Shown here: one piece after another, positions 1 to 14,400 of the stretch
Numbering within the stretch: position 1 is the stretch's first letter
Layout: each line of letters starts with the position of its first letter
Assembly: GCA_001724265.1 (NCBI GenBank)
Contig: MEDY01000002.1
Span: 1-64,000, forward strand
From: Rhizaria sp. SCN 62-66
Taxonomy: Eukaryota
Length of the DNA: 64,000 bases
Reading direction: 5' to 3'
The notes under the pieces: model-generated
Seen by the model: the letters and a program-made list of their open reading frames with translations, nothing else
The model's database searches: none
Told to the model about the DNA's origin: nothing
Position numbers and translations under genes: made by a program

Positions 1-3000
1 CGGGGCTGCTGCCGCTAGTGGTGACGCTGCTCCCCGCCTACCTGCAGTCGCCCGCGGCGCCCGTGCGCGCGGCGGCGTGCGTCCTGGCGGCGGCGCTCGC
101 GCGCGCTAACGCGCAGGCCCGCACGGCGCTGCTGCGGGCGAACGTCCACGTGCAGCTGCTCGCGATGGCGCTGTCTTCGAACAGCAGCTCCGGCAGCGGC
201 AGCGGCGGCAGCAGCAGCGGCAGCAGCAGCGGCTCTGAGTGGGGCAGGGTGGCTGCCGCTGCGGCCGCGGCCGAGGGCGCTGCCGCCGAGGCCGAGGCTG
301 AGGCCGCCGCGGAGGCGGGTGCCGCCGCCGAAGCCGCCGCCGTCGGCCAGGGCTGGTTCTGCATCGACCGTGTCCTCGGCGGCGGCCTGTCGCCGCTGCT
401 GCCGCCGCCGCCGCCCTCTCTGTCTGTATCGGCCCCCGGTCGCTCTAATCGCGGTCGCAGCATCCGCGCCCACAGCGGCCGCCGCCACCGCCGCGGCCGC
501 CACTATCAGAGCACTGCGGCTGCGGCGGCGGTCGGTTCGCTGGAATGGGGGGTGGCTCAGGCGCTTAAGTACCTTCCTTACCCGTCGCCGACCCCTTACA
601 TCCACGGCCAGGGTACTTACCCGCCCCTCCAGCAGCAACAACAGCAGCAGTACGGATCCACTTACACCGCAGCCCAGGGCACTTACATCACCTGGTCCCT
701 GGTGCGGCCTGAGCTGCCGCCGCTGCCGCCGCCGCTGTCCCCCTACGCCTCCCCCCTGGAGCTGCCGGCTGTGGCCGCTGCCGTCGAGGCCGCCGCCGCC
801 GCCGCGGCCGCTGCGGCCGCTCTCTCCGGCGCCCTGCAGCAGCAGCAGCAGCAGCAGCAGCAGGGCCAGGGCCAGGAGCAGCAGCCGCCGCCGCAGAAGG
901 GGCTCGGAGGCCGGCGCCGCACCGCGACCTCCTCGGCCGCTGCCGCCGCTGCCGGCAACGTCACCTCCACCCCCGGCTCCGCCGCCGCCGCCGCTGGCGC
1001 CGCTAACGCTGGCGCCGCCGGGGCCGCGTCCGTGACGTCGTCGCCCTTCCTGTCCGCGGCTTCTTTTGCTGGCGCTTCGTTCGCCGCGCTCGCGCTCGCC
1101 AGCAACAGCAACAACGCCAACGCTGCCGAGGGCAGCAATGACGGCGGCAACAACAGCAACAACAACACGCAGTACATGTCGCCCTTCGCAGGCGCGCGTG
1201 CGTTGTTTCCTCCTAACAACACCAACAACAGCAACAACAACGCTGTGCCACATGCTAGCGGCAGCTTCGCCGGCGCTAGCGTCATCGCCGGCACCGGCGC
1301 TGGAGCTGGTCAGCGGTCGCTGGTGGTGCCAGGCAGCCCCCTGTGGCCGCTTCTCACTTCTCCCACCGCGCCCTCGTCCTTCATTCCGTTCAGCGGCAAC
1401 TACGGCGGCGCAAACGCGGTCAGCGCGCTGATGAGCAACAACAACAGCGGCGGCGGCGGCGGCAGCGGCTGCAACAGCAACATGAGCTCGTTCAACATGA
1501 ACAACGCGGGCGGAAACCACCCATACTTCGCCCCATATCCGCAAAACAACGCTAACTATAGCTCTAGAGCCAATGCCGGCGCCATCGCCAGTGCGGGTGC
1601 GAATACGAACGGCTTGACCGGTGGTTTGGCGGCTCTGGCGTTGCTGGCCGCCCCGCTGCCGGCGGCCCTGCTGCCGCCGCTGCCGCCGCGCCTGGGCTCG
1701 GCCGCCTCCGCCGCCGCCGCCGCCGCGGCCAACGTCAGTAGCTCGACGGGCGGGAGCACAAGCTCGATCTCAGCCACCGCTGCTGCTGCCGCGGCCGCCG
1801 CCGCGGCCGCCGCTGCGTCTGCGTCGGCGCCCCGCACGGCGCACAACGTGCTGCCGGTCTGCGTGCGCGCGCGCGTGCTGACGGCGACCGACCCCGACGC
1901 GCGCGTCCGTCTGGCGGCCATCGCCGCGCTGGGCGCGTTGCTGTCACCGGACGCGGGTGCGGGCGTTGCCGGGGCGGGCGCCGCGCTGGCGGCGGCGGCG
2001 GAGGCCGCGGCAGCCGTCACGGCCCGGGCGGCGGCGGCGGCCTCGGCGGCGGCCACGGCGACGGCGGCGGCCGCGGCGGCGGCGGGCAAGCTGAGGGAGC
2101 TGGAGCTCGAGCAGGAGCAGCAGCAGCAACTGCAGCAGCAGCAACAGCTCGAAGCCGAGGCCGCCGCCGCCGCCGCGGCTGCTGCTAGTGTAAGTGCCAG
2201 TGCCAGCGCTCATGCCACTTTGGAGGAGCTTGAGGTTGAGCAAGAGCTCGATGCTGACGCTGGCGCGGATAGCTCGAGCACAAACCCCAACAGCAACAAC
2301 AACAACAACAGTGGGAGCCTGGCGGGTCTGGTTGTGAGCCCTCAGAACGCGCACGGGACCAGCCTCAGCGGCAACAGCAGTCTGCCGCCGCTGCCGACCC
2401 TCAACAGCAGCGCCAGCAACAGCAGCGGCAGCTGTAGCAGTGGCAGCGCGAGCGCCGTCTCCAGCACTCGACATTTGACCGTGAACACCGGCAGCATAAC
2501 CAACGGCGCGAGCGCCGCGAGCAGCAGCGGCAGCGGCGCCATCGTGAAGGTGATTGCCTTCTCACCACTGCTCACAAGCACGAGCACGCACAGTCAAAGT
2601 AACCAAAGCGCTAGTGCGACTGCCGCTGCCAGTGCGAGTACGAGTGCGAGTAACGCTGGGGGCCGGAGTCGCGTCTTTGCCTTCTTGTCCCAGGAGGACT
2701 CTCATGACAACCCTACCATCAACGCGAGCTCGAGCCCCAACGCTGCGACTGCGGCTGCCGCAGCGACTGTGAACCTCGGTGCCAGCTATAGCGCGGGCGC
2801 TGGCGCGGGCGCGGGCGCGGTCGCCCGCGTGTGCGCCGTCACAGTCGCGATGCCGCTGCCGCTCACGGTCACTTCGCCGACCCCGCTCTCGCTCCTGCTG
2901 CCGCCGCTGCCCGCCGCGAACGCCACCAGCGCTAGCGCTGCCAACGCGGCGACTGCTGCAGCAGGCGCGAGCGCGAGCGCCGTGAGCGGCAGCGGCCTCG

Positions 3001-3261
3001 CAGCGCCCGCGCCGGCGGCCGGTCCCCCGCCGCTGCCGCGTGTGTCCGGCTGGGAGCTGGAGCTGGAGCTGCTCACAGTCGCCGCCACGCTGGCCGCGGG
3101 GCTCCTACCGCCGCCGCTGCGGACAGACGCCGCCGCCGCCGCCGCGACCGCCGCCGCCGGCGCGGGCGCAGCGGGAGCCGGCGCGGCGGCCGACAGCGAC
3201 CGGAACATGCGCGAAAGCCTCGGCCTCAGTCTCGCTAACAGCAACAGCAACGGCGACGGCG

Positions 3262-3293
<32 letters not shown>

Positions 3294-6250
3294 GGTCTCA
3301 ACGGCGCCGACGACGGCGCCGGCGCGGCCGTGGCGGGTGCGAGCGAAAGCGGCGTTGCAGGCTGCTTCGCCCTGTCTCCGCCGCTGCGCCTGGAGGCCGT
3401 CGTGGCGCTTGCCCAGTCCGTGGTGTCCTTCCTGCCGCTCTTCACCGCCGCGGCCGGCGCCGGCGCCGGCTCCGGGGGAAGCGCGGCTGCTGCCGCTGCT
3501 GGGTTCCCGGGCGGTCCGCAGTTCGCCCCCCAGTTCGGCCCCCCACCCGGCCACGGCCACGGCCACGGCCACAGTGCGAACGCGGCGAGCACCGGCAGCG
3601 GCAGCGACAGCGGCAGCGTCATCGGCAGCGCGCCGCAGTCTCAGTCGCGCTCGCAGGCGCACTCGATGCTGCCACCACCGCAGTCGCAACCGATGCAGGC
3701 TCAGGCGCAGGCGCAGACCAAGGGCCAGGGTCTCACTGCGAACGCGTTTTCTCACAGCCAGCCTATCGCAGTCGACGGCGTCACTGGCGGCAATCCTACG
3801 GCCAATTTGACCGCGAACGCAACTGGCAGTGCCGCGCAAACGAGTCGAGGCATGAGTATGATCGTCGCCAACCTGGACACCGCCAACAACACGGCGCACA
3901 ACAACGTCGCCTCCGCGAATCTCGGCGCCAGCGCCAGCGCCAATGCGGGCGCGGTTGCGACCGTGAGCGCGATCTCACTGGCAGTGCCGCCCCTGCCCAG
4001 CGCCCGCGCCATCGCCGCCGCCGTCGCGGGCGCCCGCACTCGTCTGCACAGCTCCGCTCGCGGTCACAGCGCAGAGGTTGGCGCTCTTGCTTGGAGCAAG
4101 AGGTGGCACAAGAAGCACTTCTCATTCACCAGCAGCAGTAGTGGCATTAAGGAGAGCGAGATAAAGCACGCCAAGTGCGGCCGCCGCTGCCGTCGGCACC
4201 TGAGCGACAGCGGCAGCGACGGCGACCGCAGCTCCGACTCTGACGCCGACTCCGACGCTGACGCGGACGCCGATATGCCTGAGCGCAAGAGCGATCCCGA
4301 CTCCAGCGACACCGGCAGCGACGGCAACGGTGACGGCGGGAACGGCAGCGACTTCAGCTTCGATAGCTGCCGCTGCTGCAGCCGCAGCGGCTGCGACAGC
4401 GAGAGCGACTGTGAGCTCGACGCCCGCTGCGACGCCGGCAGTCTAGGTACCCCGCCCCCGTACACCCCTTACACGCTCGGCACGGCGGCGCCCCCGCGCT
4501 CACGGTCGCTGCTGGTGGCCTTCATCTGGCGCGTCATTGTCACGGTTGCAGCCACAGACAGCGACTCGCGCGTCGCCGCCGCCGCCACAGCCGTCAGGAA
4601 CCAGGTCGCGCGCGCGGCTGCCGCCGCCGCCGCCGCGGCCTCCGCGCGCGCGCGCCGCAGGGAGCAGCAACAGCAGCAGCAGTACCAGCAGTATCAGCAG
4701 CAGCAGCAGCACCAGCTCTCCCTGTACGCCCAGCAGCAACAACAGCAACATCAACCGCAGGCGAGTACTGGCGGCTATTCGAGTGCGAATGCGAATGCTG
4801 GTGCGAGCCAGGTCGGCGAGCGCGGCTCCTTCTCCCTGAGGCCCGTTGCCGCGCCCGCCCATACACTCGCCCCTTTCTCTCTCTCTTCTGGCAACGCCGC
4901 CCCCGCCAACCCCCCCGAAAGCAATAGCGCCGCGACGGCGGCTCACGCGATGCCTGTTTCTAACGCCTCGCTGCCCCCGCAGCCACCCCACGGCCACGGC
5001 CACGGCCACGGCCTCAGTTACGGTCACGGCCAAAACAAACCCCAGAGCGACGCGTCTGCACTGGCAGCACGTTCACCGTTCTTCTCGCCGTCGAACGCCT
5101 CAACTAACATTGCTAACTCGAGCGCTTCTGGTGCGGCGACTGGCGGCGCCCGCTACCCGGCCCCGTCGCCGCCGCTCTTTGCCGCCAACTCAGCCTTCGC
5201 CCCGGCCGCCGCCACGGCCGCGTCATCGGCCGCGAGCGCGCTGGCCGCCGCCGCCGCCTCAGCCTCCGCGACCTCGACCGCGGCCGCGACGGCGACGGCG
5301 ACCGCGACGGCCCTCTCGGCCCTGCGCCACCTCAGCCACTCGGCCTTCACCAACGCCGCGTTGGCGACCCTGGTGTGGGCGGGAGCGCTCCCGCCGCAGC
5401 GCGCGTCGAGCCTCGCGCTCGCGGCCACGGCGGCTGCGGCTGCGGCGGGCGCGGGCGCCGCGGGCGCGGCGGCGGCGGCGGCGGCGGCCAGGCTCGGCGG
5501 GCCCGGCGCCGCCGCACTGTTCCCCGCCATCGCATCGCAAAGCATAAGCAGCAACAGCAACAGCAGCAGCGGCGCCATGAACTATGCCGTCGTGTCCGGC
5601 GGCGGCGGCGGCGGCGGCGGTTTCGGCAGCGGGTTCGGCGGTGGCCACAATGTCAACATCATCCCCGGCCCTGGCCCCGGCGCAGGCGCAGGCTCCGTAG
5701 CTGGCACTGCGACTGGGGTTGTAGCGGGCTCTTCCTCGGCGTCGGCTGCCGCGGCGAAGATGCGGCTGCTGCGCGGCGCGCCGGGCGGCTTGACTTCCGG
5801 GGGCGGTCTCACTTCCGCAGGCAACCGACTGCCGACTCCGCAACACTACGCTGCTCAACAGCAACAGCAGCAACAACAGCAGGGACAAGGACAGCAGTTG
5901 ACTCAGGAGGAGCAGTTTATGCTGTATCAGCAGCAGCAGCGCCAGCAGCATCAGCAGCAGAACCAGAGTCAGCAGCATCAGCAGCAGCAGATGTTGTTGC
6001 AGCATCAACGCCGCTTCGCCCCGGGCTCCGCTGCCGCCGCCGCTGCCGCCGCTGCTGCCGCCGCCTCCGCCTCGGCCTCCGCAGTGGCCGCGGCAGTCGC
6101 GGCCCATGGTCACGCCCACGGTCGCCAGATGCTCTGGATGGGCGGCTTAACTTCCGTGCCGCTCCGCTTCCGCCAAATTATCTCCATGCCCTGGCTCCCC
6201 GCCATCGCCGCAGTTGTCAACACCGCTAATACCAACAACAACAGCAACAG

Positions 6251-6281
<31 letters not shown>

Positions 6282-9200
6282 AGCAGCAGCGCGAACGCCT
6301 CTTCGAGCTCGAGCGCGGTCGCCTCCAGCAGCACCAGCGTCGGCGACTCGGTGGCGGCAGTCGCGGCCGCCGCGGTCTCGGCAGCGCCCCAACTCGCCGC
6401 ATCCGCTGCGATGGCCGCCGCCTCGGCCGCCGCGACCGCGGGCGCCATGCTGGCCGAGGCGGCGCAGGCGTCTGCGGCGCGCGCGCGCTGGCAGGCCGAG
6501 GCCGAGGCGGCTGCGTTCGTCGCGCAGTCGTCGCCGCCGGCCGCCACTGCCACGCTGGCTGCCGCGGCGGGTGCGCTGGCGCCGTCACTGGCGCTCGCGC
6601 GCTTGCCGCCCCGGTCTAACTCTAGCCCTAACACTGCTGTTGCTGCTGGTTCGGAGCTAGGTGACGTTGAGTCGTGCTCGGTCGCTGTCGTCGATACCGA
6701 TGACGCTGCGACGGAGCAGAAGCAGGAGCTGTTCGACTTTGCGACCAACAGCAACAGCGCCACTTCTGCTGCTGCGGCGGCTGCGATGGCGGGCAATGGC
6801 GGCTTAACTTTGGATTACCCGTCGTCAGTCTGCCTCCTCGCCCCCACCTTCCCTCTCGCTCACAGCCACACGGTCATCGCCTCCCACAACATCAACGCGA
6901 GCGCGAGAGCTAAGAACAGCAGCACCAACAGCACCAAGAACAGTGCGGGCGTCGTGAACGTGAGCGCGAGCGCGGCGGCGGGCGTTGTGTTGGCCGCGGC
7001 TTCCGGCGCCGTCTGCTCCTGGCCCGTCCCCGCCGCGGTGGGGCTGGGCGGCCGCGTGCTGGGCTCGGCCGCGCTGGCGCCGCTGCTGGGGACGGCGCTG
7101 GGGCTGGTGGCGCTGGGCGAGAAGACCACGCTCGTCACCGCCGCCGCCGCCACGACCACGTCTCCGCCCAATCACAACAACAACAACAACAACAACATCG
7201 TGAAGGCCGCCGTGAACACGAGCAGTCCGAGCAGGAGCACAAACAGCGGTCGCGGCGCCAACGCTACTGCTGCTGCTGAGGCTGCCGAGGCCGAGGCTGA
7301 GGCTGAGACGTCTGTGCTTGCGGCCGTGACCGTGCCAGTGACGCACCCCTTACCCAAGCCGCCCACCCTTACCTTGCCTCACGGCGCGATCAACAACAAC
7401 AACAGCGGTAGCGGCGTTGCGAACCCTGCTGCGGTGCCCGCGTCAGCCGTCGCGACCGCGACCGCGCGCGCCGTCTTTGCAGCGTCTCTGCTCTCGCCCC
7501 GTCTCACCCCGACCAGCGCCGGCAGCGGTAACGGCGCTGGCCACGGCGGCTTACCTTCGCTCGCATGCGGCCTGACTTTGGACGCGGCGCTGCACCGCCA
7601 CAGCCTCGACTCGGCGCCGCTGGCTCGCGCGCGGTCGCTGCTGCCGCCGCAGGCCCTCGCCGCGCGGCCCGGGCCAGTGATCGCCGGCGGCGGCTTGACT
7701 AAAAAGCTCCTGGCCGCGCTCGTCGAAGCCGCCGCAGCGGCCGCGGCGGCCGTCGCCGGCGCCGCCTCGGCCGCGCTTGCGAAGCAGCAGCTCCAGCAGC
7801 AACAGCTGCAGCAGCTGCAGCAGCAGGAACAGGGCCTGCTCTACAGCCACGCCGCCAGCGCTGGCGCCGCCGCCGCCGCCAACAGCGGTGGCGCCAACGC
7901 GGTCGAAGGCGCATTGCTGGCCGCCCCGGGCCTCGGACTCGGGCTCGGCGTCGCGCTGCTGCCTCCCTCGATGCTCTCGCTTTACCACAACAGCTCTAGC
8001 TCTCGCCGCAGCGCTGCCACTGCGAGCGCGAGTGCTGGCGATAGCGCTAGCGCGGCGTTGGCGCTTGAAAAGCTGTTCGTCGAGGTGTTGGGCGGGGCTG
8101 ACCGCGTCTTGGCTGCAGCCACCGCGGCCGCCGCCGCCGCCGCGCACGCCCGAGCCCGCGCCGCGGCCGCCGCCGCGGCCGCCGCCAACACGGCCACCGC
8201 GGCCGCCGCGGCCTCCAGCATCAGCGGCAGTGCCAGTGGCGCTGGCGCTGGCAATGACGTCGGGAGCTTTGCTGCAACCACGATGATGGCTGCCAGCAGC
8301 TTCGGCAGCGCTGGCGGCGGCGGCAGCTGCGCCGGCAGTTTGCTGAGTGCCAGCGGGGCTCCGCCCGGCCACTCTGTGCTGGCGCCCGGCCCCTCCACGC
8401 ACACCGCTGCCGGAGACGCGTACGCCCCCGCAGGCCTCGCGCGCACCGGCGGCGGCGGTCTAAACGGCGGTCTAAGCGGCGCCAGCACGGTCTCGCTGCC
8501 CGCCCCGCGCAGCGCCGCGGCCGCCGTTGCGCTCTCTTTCACCTCTAAGTCAAGCCGCCTGCCGTCCGCGGTGGCCGTGGCGGCAGCCAGCAGCCCGCTG
8601 GCCCTGCTCTCGGACACGAGCGTGACGGGCCGGTTGGCGCAACTGACGCGCACCGATACCGGCGCGCACTACGGCGCCAACGCGCTCGACGCGACCACTG
8701 CCGCGGTGTTGGACTCGAGCTCTACCTCTGGCTTGAGCGCTGCTGGCTCGAACGCGACTATCGTCAGCGCTGCCTGCATGGGTCCCTGGGACGCTCTGGC
8801 CGTCACTGTGCTCGCCGCGCTCGAGACCGCCTGGCTGGCAGCCCCCGCCTCGGCCCATAGTAGTAGCGCGGGCGGCGCGAAGTTAGGCCGCGCGCCGAGC
8901 GTGACTGAGTGCGCGGTGCTGCTCTTGGCGCGGCTGCGGGCCATTGTCAGCAACAACGGCAGTCTCGCGTTCAACGGCACTTACCCTGACACTTACTCAG
9001 GTGCTTACACGAGGACGTATAGCGGCTACTCTAAGGGCCTGCTGTTAGGAATGGTGCCGTCGTTGCCGCCGCTGCAGACGCTGCTGATCCTGGTCACCAC
9101 CCCCGCGCCTGCTCCATACTACTGCTCGAATAAGAGCAACCAGAACGTCAGCAGCAGCAGCAGCAGCAGCAGTGTTGATGCTAGCATGGGCACCAGCCGC

Positions 9201-9562
9201 AATGTCGTCAACAACCTCGCTAATTCCCGTCTCACGATGCGAAATAACAACGGCAGCGCCAATAATGCGAATCATGCGAATATTGCGAATCATGCGAACA
9301 ATGCGAGCAGCGCCAACGTCGCTGCGATGCCACCCTCCGTTTCCGCGCGCGCCGCCGCTAGCGCCGCCGCCGCCGCGACTGCGCGCGCGGCCGCGGCGGC
9401 GCTGCTGCGCGGCCTCTCCGGCGCGGCGCTGCACGGCGTGGCGGGCCACGCGGGGGCGCGCGCTGTGGCGCTGCTGCGGCCGCGGACTCCGCTGCACCCC
9501 CACCACAGCTCCGGCGGCGCGCATCCGAGTGGCTCCTCGGCGAGGTCCGGTAAGCCGGGGCT

Positions 9563-9596
<34 letters not shown>

Positions 9597-11377
9597 CAAC
9601 AGCAGCAGCACTTGCAGTTCAGCTCGTTTGCACTGCAGGCGCTGCTGTTGCCGCCGGCCTGGTTGCTTGCGTCGTCGCCCGCGGATCTAAGTACCCCGTC
9701 CACTTACACCGCATTGGGGGGCACTTACGGCAGTCTAAGCACCCTCGACTTCGCGTCCCCCCAAGATGGCGGCAGCGATCTAAGTACCTCCCGTCTCAGT
9801 ACCAACATCTTCGCCAACAGCTCCAACTCTCCCGCCGCCGCCGCCGCCATAGCCGGCAGCCCGAGCAGCGGCAGTGGCAGCGGCGGCGGCGCTGGGACCG
9901 GCGTCGGCTTCCCCGCGGTGCCGGGAACCGTGGCGTGGGCTCTGGCGGCTGCGCGCCGCGCCGCGTGGTGCCGCAGCGCCGACCTGCTGGCTGCGGGGAG
10001 GTTTTTCCCGGCGTCCAACGCGCTTGCGCCGCCGCTGCTTCCGCCCGCGTTCGCGCACAGCGTCTCGGTCCTGCCGCGCGGCAACAGCTCGAGCAACGCC
10101 AGTCATAACAGTAGCGGCGCGAGCGCGAATGCCGCGACGGCGGCGCCGGTGGCACAGTTGCGCGGCGCGAGCGGGAGTGTAAGTACCCCATTGCTGCCCG
10201 CGCACCCGGCACAGGTGTACAGCCGCGTGCAGGCGCAGCAGACGCTCGTGGCCGCCGCGCTGGCCGCCGCGGCCGCGGCCGCCGCCGCGACGGCCGCCGC
10301 GACGCCCGTGGTCGCGGCAGTGTCTCTGCGGCACCGGGCCGCCGTCGCAGACACGGTGGCGCTGGCCGCCGCGCCGCCGCGGCCGCTGCACAACACGCCG
10401 CTGCTCGCCATGGAGGCGCTGCTGTCGCGCGCCGCCGCGGCCGCCGCAGTGTACAACCACCGCAGCACGGCGACGGCGGCGGCGGCGGGCTTGGTTGCCA
10501 GCGGCGGGAATCTAAGTAGCTCGTCTGTAAGTGCCGTCGCGCCACCGTGCCCATTCCCGCTGCCGCCGCCGCTCTACGCGAGCCTCTTAGACTCCGCCGG
10601 CGGTCTAAGTTCCCCCTTAGACACGATCGCCGCCGGGTCGAGTGGCTCCACTTCTGGCTCCGCTAGCTCCCGCAACTCTGGCTCCGGCTCCGCTGGCCCT
10701 GGCTCTGTGGCGGCCCTGGGCACGGCCCTCGCCGCCGTGGCCGCGGCGGGCCCCATCACCGCGGGCCCCCACGCACCCGTCAGCGCCACGGCCTCCGCGC
10801 TCGCCCCCAAGCCCGTGTTCGGGGAGGTGGCCACGCTCCCGCTGCCGCCGCCGTCGGCCGAGACCGCGCTGGCCATCCGCGCACGCCTGCGCCACCGCGC
10901 GCGCGCCTTCGCCGCCGTCGCCGCCAACGCCAACTCCAGCGTGGCCGGCAGAGCGCTATCCCAGCAGCAGCAGCAGCAACAGCAGATGCAGCAGCAGGGG
11001 CGGTCAGTCGGGGCGAATATGTCCTACGTCGGCAGCGGCGGCAGCGCTAGCGCTAGCGGCGGCGGCGGCGGCGGCAGCATGATCAAGAGTTTTGGAGCTT
11101 ACAATAACGCCCGCTTCAGTGGTAATGCAATGCCCATTTCTAGCATGAGCATGAGCGTGAGCGCCGCACACGGGCCAGTCAGCGGCTTCAGCAACGCCGG
11201 CTCTCTGTTGCTCGCCCGTGGTGCCCCCCAACAGCAACAGCAACAGCAGCAACAACAGCAGCAGCAGCTGACGACGATGCAGTCACAGGGCCCTCAGTCG
11301 TTTTCGCAGACGTATATGCCGCAGTCGCACTCTCAGTCCGAGCTGCAGTCACCGCTGCTCGGCTACGCTGGCTACTC

Positions 11378-11468
<91 letters not shown>

Positions 11469-14400
11469 GCAGCAACAGCAACCACAACAGCATCAGCAGT
11501 TCAGCTCCAACACGAGCTTCAGCGACGGTTACTACGGCGACTTGGACCAGAACGAACAGGCCCGCATCCTCAATAGTCACAATGCTGCCGCCGCCGCCTC
11601 TGCCGCCGCGGCCGCCGCCGCCGCCGAGGCCGAGGCCGCCGCCGCCGCCGTTGCCGCAACCGCTGCGGCGTCCGCGTCTGCTGCGGCGGCCTCCGTGCCG
11701 CTCTCCGCGGCGCCGTCGGTGGTCGTTTTCCACCCGTACGACCCCTTCCTCATCGTCGGCTCCGGCGCGGGCACGGTCACCATCATCCGCTACGATGGCA
11801 ATAGCAGCGGCAGCAGCTCTGGCGCCAACGCCGGCGCCCTGGGCGCGGGCGCGGGCGTGGGCGCGGGGGACGGCGGCGACGGCGACGACGGCGACGGGCA
11901 CGACGGGTACGGCGCCTCGGCTGCCAACGCCAACAACAACAGCCACCACAATGATGGGTTTGATGGTGGCGACGGGACTGCTGCACAGGTACGCATATAT
12001 CTCTATAAAATCAATTTATTTCAATATTATTTATTGTTAAACGTATTTTTAAATCTATTTTGCATCATCGATTAATTACAACTATTTCCTAAAATATGTT
12101 TATTAACCATGCCAAATATCCACTCACAAATCCGCCTCTTTCCCTTCTTCCCATGTGCGCTCTCTAATTCCATCTGCTTCTGAAACCGCATGCACACACG
12201 CAGGCGTCTGGCCCCCGGTTCCGCCACGTGGTCTCGCACTTCCAGGCGGGCCCCGCGCGCACCGCGGGCGCCGTGGCCTACGCCGCGGTGGTGGACGCGG
12301 CCTCCCCGGCCTGGACCCTTCTCACCGTCACCGCGGGCGACGGCACGGCGCGCCTGTGGGCGGACGTTGCGCCCCCGCAGTCACTCTCGCCCGCCGCCGC
12401 CGCCGCCATGCTTGGCGCCGGCGCGGCGGCTTTCTCGCCCGCGGGGCTGGCCACGGGCGCGTTCGCGGTGCCCGCGCTGCGGACGGCGTTTGTGGCCCAT
12501 CCGAGCGGCGCACCGGCCGTGGCTGCGGCCGCGGCGGCGGCGGTCGCGGCGGCGCAGGCGCGCGCGCGGGCCAAGGCGCAGCTGCGGGAGCAGGCGTTCG
12601 GGCAGCAGCAACAACAGCAACAGCGGCTGTGGCAGCAGAGGCAGCAGCAGCAGCAACAGCGGATGTGGCAGCAGCAACAACATCAGCAGCAGCAACAGGG
12701 ATCGATGAGTATGAATATGGCCAACTCTCCGTCGTATTCCTATTACCAGCAGCACCAAGCGATGTCTCAGACGCAGGCTCAGTCCCAGCAGCAGCAACAT
12801 CATCAGGCGCAATTCCAAGCTAGATCCTTCATCGCCGGACCCGGAAGTCAGGCCGCCTTCGTCGGAAGTCAAGGCGCGTTCGCGGGAAGTCACGCCGTGC
12901 CTGGCAGCTTTATGATGCATGGCAGTGGCAACGCCAACGCTAACATCAACAACAGCAGTAGCGCTGCTTCTGCCGGTGGCAATGTCACGGTCGCAGCTGC
13001 TGAATCTGTTCTCGGCTCACATAATAGCAATGAAAGCACTTACCCTCGCAGCTCTGGCGGCGGCGGCGGTAGCGGCGGTGGGGTTCCCTACCTAGCCGCC
13101 CCCACGCAGCAGCAACAGCAGCAGTCGCCGCCCTTTGCCCCCGCCGCCCCCGCCGCCCCAACCCCCGCCCCCGCCGCGGCCGCCGCCTCCGCCGCGGCTG
13201 CCGCCGCCGCGACGGCCGTGGTCCCCGTGCCGGGCGTGATAGTCGCCCACTGGCACCAGCAGCGGGGCCGTCTCTTTGCCTCCGTCGACTACCACAAGTG
13301 CTGGGACCTGGCCGCCGAGCGCTGTTTGGCCGACTTCCCTCTGTTTCCGCCTACACTCACGCCGGCCTACAGCCACAGCTTCGAGACGCCCAACCAAGCG
13401 CTCGCGAGCAGCGCCAGTGTCATTGGCGGCGGCTTAGGGTCGTCAGCGTCGGCCCTGCTGCGCGGCGGTGGCGGCGGCTTACATTCATCTTCGTCTACGG
13501 GCGGCGGCCTGACTTCCTACTCCTCGCTGCCCTCGACGGGCAGCGCGGCGCTCGACTCGCTGCTGCTATACTCTACGCCCTACCGCGCCACCGCGCTGCA
13601 CGCGGACGCGACTGGGCACCTGCTGTACGCCGGACTTAGCAACGGCTACGTCACCTGCACCGACACCCGTCTTCCGCCCGCGACCGCGACGGTGGCGGCG
13701 ATGGCCACCCACGCCCGCGCCGTCGCCGCCATCGCGATCTCGGCCGCCGGCGCGGGCCCCGGCCCCGGGCCCGGCTCCGAGCGGCTCGTGACCGTGAGCG
13801 TGGACGGCGTTGTCAACGTCATCGACACGCGAGTCATGCTCGCAGCGCCGGAGACGCTGCCGTTCGCGCTCGCAGTGCCCGTGCAGGCCTACAGCGGCTG
13901 CAGCAGCAGCGCTCTTAGCAGCAGCTCGAGCAAGAAACGGGGCGCGGCACCGGGAGTCGCTGCGGTGGTCGCCGGCAGGGCCGAGGCCGCGGCGGAGGCC
14001 GCTGAACGGCTGTGGAAGGAAGGCAACGCCCGCCGGCGGCAGCGGCGGCGCACGCGCAAGCTGCGCCGGCAGCTGCACACTGGCGACGACACTCTGTACA
14101 ACAACGGTAGCGCTGTTTGCGACAACGACAGCGACGACGACAGTAGTGACGATGACAGCGGTGACGACTACGACTACGGCAACGGCAAGAGCCACGGCCA
14201 CGACGACAACAGCGATGATGACGACGACGGTGTTACTGATAGCGACGACGACACTAGTGCGTGCGATGCATGTGACGGCGATAGCGAGTGCGACTACGAC
14301 TACGAGGGGATCAAACGCTCGAACAACAAGGACTTTAACTTCAACTTTGACTCCAGTAGCAACAACAACAGTCCTCGCACAAAGACCGACCCGAGCGCTA

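Noticed and set aside
11574-11576. TAG ending the 3,852-aa ORF as a genuine stop
   Set aside because: It is reached only in the shifted frame after the indel at ~11468. The real frame reads ILNSHNAAA into the WD40 domain.
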